This document shows positions 54,640 through 64,000 of a DNA stretch of 64,000 bases, piece after piece. The position numbers and the translations under genes were made by a program. Below the pieces are notes generated by a model, which did no database searches, was not told the origin of the DNA, and saw only the letters and a list, made by a program, of their open reading frames with translations. The DNA comes from Squalus acanthias (Eukaryota). Every line of letters begins with the position of its first letter. Within the stretch, counting starts at the first letter, position 1. Location: assembly GCA_030390025.1 (NCBI GenBank), contig CM059433.1, positions 2,790,001 to 2,854,000 on the forward strand, in the 5' to 3' direction.

Positions 54640-55950
54640 GAAATTTGTCCATTTTTTGGGAGTCCGGTTACACCATATCATAAAGATTTCCACAGTTTAC
54701 AATGATGTAAACCCTTCAGAAAGTTCAAGGATGTTTGTTAGGCAGGATCTTTCCCTTCTGATTCCATATCTGCTGTTATTTAATTGTTTATCATTAAGGT
54801 AGTCCTGAGGTTTGCTTCTGCTAATTGACTCCATTATATTATCAATTATTGAGGTAATACTTAGGGTCTGTAGTTGCTTAACATGTTTGGACATCATTTT
54901 TCAATGTGAGTGCTGCTTTAGTTTATTTTCAATCCAACAGGATCTTCCCAGTATTCTATCAACTCCCTCAAGATGACCATCAGTAGTTCTGTTCCAGTGT
55001 CTCTCTTAGTAACCTGGAATAAATACCATTCATACCTGGCCATTTATTTATTTTGACCATTTTTGAGCCTACTTGGGACCTTCACCTTATTGATGTTGAA
55101 GTTATTCAATCTACTTGAATTATCTCTGATAATGGATGGCATGCTCCTAGTACATTCTCTAGTGAATACTTCAAGGAAATAATCATTAACCATGTTAATT
55201 ATTTTATGTTCGTCTTCAGTTTCAACCCCATTTCTCTGAGAGGCGTTTTCAAATTTGCAGTACAAGAAGAATTTCATGTTGGCATATTTAGCATCTGCAG
55301 CTATATTCTTTTGGGCCAGCCTCTAACATGTTTCTGAAGCTTCTTGCTTCACCCCAGTGGGTCCTTTCAGCTTTCACCCAGCAGGCTTTGTCAGACATTA
55401 TTTTTCTCATTTCACTTCAAATTCTCTTGTTGATCCACTTAGGGTATGCTTGTTTAATCTGTGCAATCTAATCCTTTCTATTAAATTTGCAAGCTCAGTA
55501 ATATGCCTTTAAATGTATTCCATTTGTCCTCTACTTATGTATTATTAAACAATCCCTCAGTGAAGTTGTTCAAGCTCTTGCCTCATTCCCTTGAATTTAC
55601 TTTCTTAAAAACTATATGCCTGCATATTGGTCCTTGATATGGTTAAATCTTGGGCGATCAAACATAATCTTATTGTGGGCACAATCGCCCAGAGGTGCTA
55701 TAAATTCTGTTCCATTTATTATTACCTAATTGAGAAGTGAGCTGCCTCTCTTGGCTTCTCTGCCGCACTAGGTCATGAAGCAATCCTGCAATGCATTTAC
55801 GAACTCGGATTCTAAACCACTGGGGCGCCCTCAATTCCTACTAGGTTGGTTGAAATCCATGAATATAATTTTCCTGTTTTCACATTCCCTTCTTAGATCC
55901 GCAGAGTAAAATGCCTTCCTTCTTATTCTGACCTAGCAGTCTAGCATTCA
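54640..55950 (-). mobile_element. Ancient degenerate CR1 ORF2 (a further 3' piece lies at about 53110-53410)
   Basis: SRYGIRRERSCLTNILE and NDYFLEVFTRE are decayed CR1 motifs. Confidence 0.65.
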
Positions 55951-57084
55951 ACTGGAATTCCAACTGCTTCTTTTAACCTACTTGTTTTCAAAAGGTAAAA
56001 GCCTGCACCGAGGTTGTGAAGAGAGAAATTTCAGAAGAACGCATTGTAACCCAGCAGTATAATTTCAAAGTCAATTCATTAACATTGGTTCATTTGTTTC
56101 TGTCAAATCTGCTAAAGACTTTTTGTTTTCAAAAAGTAATGCAACTGTTTAAAACAATTAAAATGAACTTCTATGCATTTTTTCATTTTCATAGGGCTCC
56201 TGGGAGTAACAAATTTTGAAAGAGATTAATTAAAGGACTTTAGTACAGCACAAATTTTTTTTTTTTAAATTCATTTAATTCAGCTTGTAACGTTGTTGTT
56301 GAGCAGGTTTGATGAGCTTTCTGTCTCTGAAGCCAGCAGAGATCAGGTGCCTCTCCACATTGAGTCTGATGGCAAGCCTTATCAAACGAGAATAATACAG
56401 AGAGCTTAATTATTTTCAAAAGATGGAATGCTCTCATCTCCATTTTACTGACCAATTTATTTCCACTTATTTGTGCGTTTCCTCCACATCTAATGACCTT
56501 AATAATTAATTAATAAAAAGTTTGGTAGCATTTGGGAAAGAATCAACACAGGATGCAGCGAGAGCATTTATCTGCATAATCGTGAAAAGCTGAGAAATAC
56601 CTTCCTGCATTATGTCGTCTGGAAATTACTATTGGTATTACAACGAAGGCCTGCACTACCTGTATGTTCGATTGCAGGGATATCTCACAGGAAAAATAGC
56701 AGCAGACGCAGAGAGTTGTGCCCAGTTAAAAGAGCTTTCATGTGCTGTTAGGTTGCTGTTTAAGGAAAGTATCCTTGGTGCTACAGTGCTGAATACACAT
56801 ATTCAGCTTGTTAATGCAATTATTACCACCAAAATAGGTCATCTTAAATCCAAAGTGTACACTTTTCTAAGGCTCACATTTTGTACGCACAGTGTTAACG
56901 TTGATACGAAGCAGACTGCTACACTCTGCGTACAGTGGGCATTGGATTTAGTGCTCCAATAGTACGGCAATTGGCTGAGAAGGACCAGCATAAATGGGAA
57001 AGGGATTCAGGTAAGGTCCCGCCAGTACATGATATTCATTTCTGTTATTCCAGCCATAACTACCTGAAAATAACTGAAGAGATG

Positions 57085-57490
57085 AGATTATCAGGCTGAG
57101 ATTAACCTATGCCATTTCCTCAATGGAGATCCCTTGATATGATCAACAATCCAGACGACACTGCCAGTAGTTGTCAAGGTCACCATGGCCCTCAACATTT
57201 ATGCATTGGGATCCTTCCGGACTAGTACTTGTGAACATTTCGTTGTCTACAGATATACCAAGGAGGTTGCAGGTGCGTTACTCAGTATGGCCAACACATT
57301 TGCCACCAACCAGCAATAGCAGCGTCACAGATCAACATCGGTCAATGCAATTCTGCAGAACTGCTGGCTTTTCAAGAGTCCACGGGTCATTAATTGCATC
57401 AATGTTGACATTCAGGCCTACGTGCTCTGTAAATGCGCCCTTACAGCATCCTGTAGGATGCCCTCAAGCACTTTCTCCACCATGGGTGTT
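57085..57490 (+). mobile_element. Degenerate Harbinger transposase fragment
   Basis: LPVVVKVTMALNIYALGSF and AGFSRVHG, resembling HARBI1-like motifs. Confidence 0.6.
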
Positions 57491-58222
57491 GAGCTAAGTG
57501 GCCTGTAATTACCAGAGTTGTGCCTTACTATTTTGAATATCTTAACTACATTTGCCATACTCCAATCCAGTATTTATGAAGCTTGAATAAGATCAGCTAA
57601 AGTATTACCAATTTTCCTCTTTAATTCTTTGAGGATTCTATGATGCATACAATCTGGCTCAGCAGTTTTTTGGATATTTAACTCTTCCAGTTTCTGCAAA
57701 AGATATCCTTTACTCATTTCTAAGTGTTATGGATCACATAGCCCCATTTACTGTGACTGGAATTGTGCAACTTTGTGAAGTATTTATTCAATATATCTGT
57801 CGTAACCTGTAATAGTTTTACCCATTCATCCTTGAACAGGCGAACCTTCCTTATATTAACATCATTATAAAGCATTTTTGGGTTTCTCTTGCTTCCTTCT
57901 GTGATTTGCTTCTTTACTTCTCTCCTACTTTCCCAACTTTAGCTATCTCCAGTTGTCTTTTGTAGGATCCTAATCCTCCCAATTTTTGTTTCCTTACATC
58001 ATTTGAAGAATTTTTTGCTCATTTTTTGGCTCCTTATAATCTCCTTATTAAACAATGTGGTGTAAGTCTTGTTATGTTTCTCAATCTACTCAAAATGCGC
58101 AAGCAGCTTGCTGAAAGTATGGGAAGGAGGCCCGACCATGACAATTGATCAGGCCGTTTGCCATTGACTTTGGGTAGGCAGCGGGCTCGCTCCATCCACC
58201 GAAACCGAAAATCAGCTTCCTG

Positions 58223-58800
58223 GGCCGGAATTTTTCCTACCTGGGCAGGTCTGATGCGGGCGGTGTCCATGGCAGGCTGCGACCCCGCTGCTGGCTCCAT
58301 CTCGCTTTTGAAAATGAACTTACCTTAATGGGGCCTATCAACCCCGCCCAGCACGTTACCCGGCCCAATGAGATGGAGCGGGTCTGGTGACGTCATTCAT
58401 GATGCGTTTTCAGCCAGGATCTTTAACTGGACCATGGCCACATTAGATTTAAGGGTCAAAATTGGGTCGCGCCCCCTTGGGGCGCTAACTTCACCGAAGC
58501 TTTTACTGTACATTTGATGCTGTCAAGTAATCAGCTGGAGCAATGGCCACTGAACTCCCGCCTCAGGTTGACAGATGTGGTTCCCGAGCTGCGTGAATCC
58601 CGTGGCCATGCAGGGAAATTTAAAAAGTGAGTGAGAAAAGCCTGTTCAGGGTCTGACAACTAGCTGTTAATCATCTCAATTGGGGGAAAGGCACGTGGGG
58701 GCGGGCTGACAGTGGGTTCCCGACCCACTGTCAAAAATAACAACTTTCTCACCTGACCCGCCACCGATCGCGCCCGCTACCGCCCCAGAAAATTCCGGCC
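58223..58800. mobile_element. 578-bp MITE derived from the 47686-50589 Harbinger family
   Basis: TIRs ggccggaatttt / aaaattccggcc; both arms align to the two ends of 47686-50589 in reverse complement; flanks CTG/CTA. Confidence 0.88.
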
Positions 58801-59104
58801 CTAGTGTTCACCAACCTCCAGCTCTGGTGGACTGCTGATCACCAAATCCAATGAAACCTCTTCTGTCGTCGACTGCCTTGCATGTTGTGTGAGGAAATTG
58901 TCTCTAATTGCCTAAGTATTTGCACAAAGAATCCTTCCTTCTCGTTGCCCCTGATCTGCCCATTGAGCCTGCGGAGTGTCGAAACTTTTCTTTTATCGTA
59001 AATCACTTGCCCTAGTTACAATCAAGCCACAACATGTGCTTGTCCAGCACTTTCTATATAGCCAGCTCCTTATTGTTTTAAAATTATTAGTGGATTCAAA
59101 AATT

Positions 59105-59305
59105 AAAGGAGGGGATTCAAAAACTAAGGGCCAAAAATGTAAAATAGTCACTAATAAATCCAATAGGAAATTCAGAAGAAACTTCTTACCCGGAGAGTGG
59201 TAAGAATGTGGAACTCGCTACCACAGGGAATGGTTGAGGCGAATAGCAGAGATAAGGGCTGGCATAGACCAGTTGGGCTGAATGGCCTGTTTCTGTGCTG
59301 TAGAC
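59105..59305 (+). mobile_element. Decayed CR1 3' end
   Basis: Similar to 50615-50900. Confidence 0.7.
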
Positions 59306-59412
59306 TCGATGTCTGTATGCTCCCATATTAAAAAAATTAACAGTTTTTGGGTTAAAAAGCTGTGACTGTCATGACATTGACTTTTGTGTGTATCCGTATA
59401 CATACATGTGCT

Positions 59413-59855
59413 TAAAAAAAAAGAAAGAACTTCAATTTATATAGTGCCTTCCATGCCCCCAGGTTGTCTCAAAGTGCTTCACAACCAATTAATTACTTGT
59501 AAGCGAAGTCACTGTTGTTATACGGTCAAATGCTGCAGCCGATTATGCACAGAAAGGGCTGGCAAACAGCAAACAAGAGAGATGACTAGTTAATCTATTT
59601 TGGTGTTGTTGGTTGAGGGATAAAAGTTGGCTGGAGACCAGGAGGACACCTCTGCTCTTCTCCAATTTGTGCCATGGGATCCTTTACGTCCATCCATCCA
59701 AGCCGATGGGGCCTCGGTTTAACATCACATCTGAAAGACAGCACTCCGACAGTGCAGCACCACCTGAGTATAGCACTGAAGAGTGGGTGAACCTAGATTA
59801 AGTGCTCAAGTCCCGGAGTGGGGCTACAACCTAGACCTTGTCACTCAGAGGCAAT
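59413..59855 (-). mobile_element. Deu-domain SINE, diverged
   Basis: Reverse complement of 51820-52215 and of the head at 32540. Confidence 0.8.
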
Positions 59856-61395
59856 AGTCAAGCTGGCATTAAATGCCCAGCGTATGAGATTTAGAGAACA
59901 ATATTTGTTTTGGTTTCTGCCCATGGTTATTTTAGTATGTATATTATCTCAGATATAATAAACTTAATTTAATATATTTGAGTACCTAGATAGTAGTGTT
60001 TGAGCCCAGAGCTATTTTATATGCATGCCCAGGTCAAATCTGCTTAATCAATTAATTTATGTATGTTTTTGTCGAGATAGGTTGAGGTGTTTAATTGTAT
60101 TTACTCCTTGTTTATTGTTGCTGTTGTTTGTATATTCACCTGGGTCTTTGCTGTTCATCCCTGCATTCACCCAGACCTAATTTATTTTAGTTATTTTCCA
60201 TTGTGCTGTTAGACGCATAAAAAAGAGGGACACAAATAAAATAGAAACGAAGAATGGATGCCTGTTTTGAAAAAGAAATAAGGAAATGTCAAATAATGAA
60301 AACAGTTGAATAAAAGTAAAACACGAATTATATTGGAATGATGAAAAAAATAGAAAAACTTAAATTAAGTGATAAATACAATCAATGAGAATCTACTCTT
60401 AATACAGTGCTGTGCAATTATCTAAATAAATGAAAGTAAAATCTAATTTGCTTTTCTCATTATTGCATCATAAAACACACACTGTAGCTCACACAATAAG
60501 TTGCTGTGTTCCAAACTGATTCATTGTACACAAAGTGCTTCAAAACGTTTTTCAGGGACGTTATAAGCCACTATATAAATGCAAATCTTTCTATAGCTTT
60601 GGCCCTCAGTATAGTGCGAAAGATACATTCTGGCTTCCGTGATTGCGAAAAGTTATTCACTCTTCATCGCTATGGATGTGTGAAAAATATTGCTGCTCTA
60701 TTTGCATTTTGAAATGGTGGCCCTGATTGCTGGCTTTACTCCTTGCTCTGCTGGATACCCCTGTGGAGAGCGTGATGAGAATGATGGTGTGGGTGATTTG
60801 CTGCTTGCACCTCTTAATTTGTTCATAACATTTCTGCTGTGCTACAAAACAGTTAGCACAGATGCAAAACACAAGCACGTCAAGCTAAGCAATTTTGCAC
60901 CACCAGAAATAAATCAGCCTTTCACTACTTTCTGAAATTTGTAAACAAAACAGATGGTGTTAACATCTGGATATTTAATTATTGAAGTATGCTGAATGCA
61001 CAATGTTACTAAATATTTAGCCAGACCCAAGCATGCTCTGGACAGACTTTCTAAAATTCATTACTTTATAAAGTAAATCCTAAAAAAAAAGCACATTCAA
61101 CACAGGGATAATTTTTCCTTCAACATTGTTCCTTTCAATTTCCTCGGCAAATGCAACCATTACTCGGAGATACTAAAAAATAATGCACTGTTTCCCTTCT
61201 CCCATGTTGCTTGGCATTAATTTATCCAGTTTTTTTGCATTGTGATGCCCATATTTGACGGCATTTGGAAAATTTCTGAACATCAAGCACATAAGTAATA
61301 ATAGAATCATAGAATTGATACAGCACAGAAAGAGGCCACGTGGCCCATCGCGCCTGTACTGGCTCTTGGGTAGAGCGATCCAATTAGTCCCACTC

Positions 61396-64000
61396 ATGAG
61401 AAACATAAGTATTAGGAGCAGGAGTCGGCCATTCGGCCCCGCGAGCCTGCTCCGCCATTCAATAAGATCATGGCTGATCTTCGACCTCATCTCCACTTTC
61501 CTGCCCGATCCCCATATCCCTTGATTCAGCTAGAGTCCAAAAATCTATCGATCTCAGCCTTGAATATACTCAAAGACTCAGCATCCACAGCCCTCTGGGG
61601 TAGAGAATTCCAAAGATTCACCACCCTCTGAGTGAAGAAATTCCTCCTGTAAGACGTTTAAATTCACCCTTGACCTTTAACCCGTCCAACATTTTTCAAA
61701 GTTCAGACCCGTGGAACAGACAACACAAAACACAAGGATTCGGGAATAACTTTCTTTTTACTTAAAATCAGCACGAGGCTACAAGTAAGCTCACACAAAA
61801 CTGTTGTATATAATACTCCCGATTATATCTAAGCAGACACAGGTTTATTCCCTTACTTTAAGATCAAGCGATAATAAGCCAACACTACATACGTACTGAC
61901 AGCAGCGAGTGGTCAATTCGGCAGTGACTAGGCGTATAATTTCTGGCAACTGACCAGGTCGCCTTCGACTGCAGCAACCCCGAGTGTCTTCAAACAGCAT
62001 CTCTTGTATCCTCAAAACCTGGGCAGCTTCCTCAATGCGTATGTGTCCCAAACTGTGCGACAAATGGTCAGCAATTGTTTTCCTCTTCATATCAGTGGGC
62101 CCCAAAGTCCTTTGCACCATTTCCCGGAAGATGTTCCTGTCTTTGTAACACCCGACCATTTGTTCCTGCTCAGGGTCCGTCGCTTCCTGATCTGATTAAC
62201 AGCTTTCGTACAAAGTTCCCACAGGAACCAACCTCTCAGCCTCCTGAAGCATGCTGGGATATTAAATCTGGTCACCTTTTTAAGTTTGGTCAAGTGAAAC
62301 CAAATTCTTACAGCAAATGGCTTATTCTTACAGTCCTCATCTCAGTCTTAAAGGCCGACCCCCTTATCCTGAGACTATGCCCCCTAGTTCTAGTCTCTCC
62401 ACTCAGGGGAAACAATCTCTCAGCATTTATCCTGTCAATCCCCCTCAGAATCTTACATGTTTGAATGAGATCAACTCTCATTTTTCTAAACTCCAGAGGG
62501 TACAGGCCCAATCTACTCAATCTCTCCTCATAGGACAAACATCTCATCCCAGGAATCAATCTAGTGAACCTTCGTTGCACCGCCTCTAAGGCAAGTATAT
62601 CCTTCCTCAGATAAGGAGACCAAAACTGTGCACAGCATTCCAGGTGTGGTCTCACCAAAGCCCTGTACAATTGTAGCAAGACTTCCTTACTCTTGTACTC
62701 CAACCCCCTTGCAATAAAGGCCAACATGCCATTTGCCGTCCTTATTGCTTGCTGTACCTGCATGTTAACTTTCTGTGTTTCTTGTACTACGACACCTAAA
62801 TCTCGCTGAACACCAACATTTAATAGTTTCTCACCTTTTAAAAAATATTCTGCTTTTCTATTCTTCCTACCAAAGTGAATAACCTCACATTTCCCCACAT
62901 TATACTCCATCTGCCACCTTATTGCCCACTCACTTAACCTGTCAATATCCCTTTGCAGACTCTTTGTGTCCTCCTCACAGCTTACTTTCCCACCAAGCTT
63001 TGTATCATCAGCAAACTTGGATACATTGCACTCGGTCCCTTCATCTAAGTCATTAATATAGATTGTAAATAGCTGAGGCCCCAACACTGATCCTTGTGGC
63101 ACCCCACTAGTTACAGCCTGCTAATCTGAAAAAGACCCATTTATCCTTACTCTCTGTTTTCTGTCTGTTAACCAATCCTCTATCCATGCTAATACATTAC
63201 CCCCAACCCCATGTGCCCTTATCATGCAGGACAACCTTTTATGTGGCACCTTATCAAATGTCTTTTGGAAATGCAAATATACTACATCCACTGGTTCCCC
63301 TTTATCTATTCTGCTAGTTACATCCTCAAAAAACTCTAATAAATTTGTCAAACACGATTTCCCTTTCATAAAACCATGTTGACTCTGCCTAATCATATTA
63401 TAATTTTGTAACTGCCCTGTTACCACTTCCTTACTAATGGGTTCCCCATTTTCTCTCTCCCTCCTTTCCAGAATAGTGGGGTTACATTTGCTATCTTTCA
63501 ATCCGTTGGGTCCATTCCCGAATCTAGGGAATTTTGGAAGATCACAACCAATGCATCCGCTATCTCTGCAGCCACCTCTTTCAGAACCCTAGGATGTAGG
63601 CCATCAGGTCCAGGGGGTTTGCCGGCATTTAGTCCCATTAGTTTCTCAAGTACTTTTTCTTGACTGATATTAATTACTTTAAGTTCCTCACTCTCATTAG
63701 CCCCTTGGTTCCCCACTATTTTTGGTATATTTTTTGTGTCTCCTACTGTGAAGACAGATACAAAATATTTGTTTAAAGTCTCTGCCATTTCCTTGTTCCC
63801 CATTATAATTTCTCCTGTCTCAGGCTCTAAGGGACCAATGCTTGCTTTTGCTACCCTGTTCATTTTTACATACTTGTAGAAGCTCTTACAATCTGTTTTT
63901 ATATTTCTTGCTAATTTATTCTCATTCTATTTCCTCCATTTTTTTAATCAGTTTTTTGATCATCCTTTGCTGTTTTCTAAAGCTCTCCCAATCCTTAGGC
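61396..64000 (-). mobile_element. CR1 LINE ORF2 3' half and tail, interrupted by a solo LTR; continues beyond the window
   Basis: ORFs 63498-63863, 63121-63501 and 62308-63102 with PQGSVLGP and KFADD motifs. Confidence 0.93.
61648..62332. mobile_element. Solo LTR (Gypsy/ERV-type), 685 bp
   Basis: Termini tgtaaga...tcttaca; 4-bp TSD ctcc/gtcc (one mismatch); removal restores the CR1 sequence; AATAAA on the minus strand near 61845. Confidence 0.8.

Overview
Repeat-dense, apparently non-genic (intronic or intergenic) vertebrate DNA. The repeat cast (HE1-type V-SINE, Deu-domain SINEs, esterase-ORF1 CR1 LINEs, RTE-BovB, intron-containing PIF/Harbinger elements) points to a cartilaginous fish, probably a shark; that is inference from repeat families. 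No host protein-coding gene could be recognised. The window is a nested transposon stack with many junctions resolvable to the base. A Deu-SINE is split by a 6.1-kb Harbinger (TSD ATT). That Harbinger's Myb/SANT gene carries a 5'-inverted, twin-priming-like CR1-group LINE and an RTE with an 11-bp TSD, and a sister Harbinger at 47.7-50.6 kb supplies the empty sites. A ~10-kb 37/39-bp minisatellite has grown out of the branch-point region of a Harbinger Myb-gene intron. A 5-kb indel-free 21-bp array is open in three frames. Also present are a Penelope-like fragment with a minimal hammerhead-ribozyme motif, a near-intact CR1 whose ORF2 is broken by one nonsense codon, a solo LTR inside a CR1, a hAT MITE and many Harbinger MITEs. 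All family names come from recognition of motifs, not from database searches.
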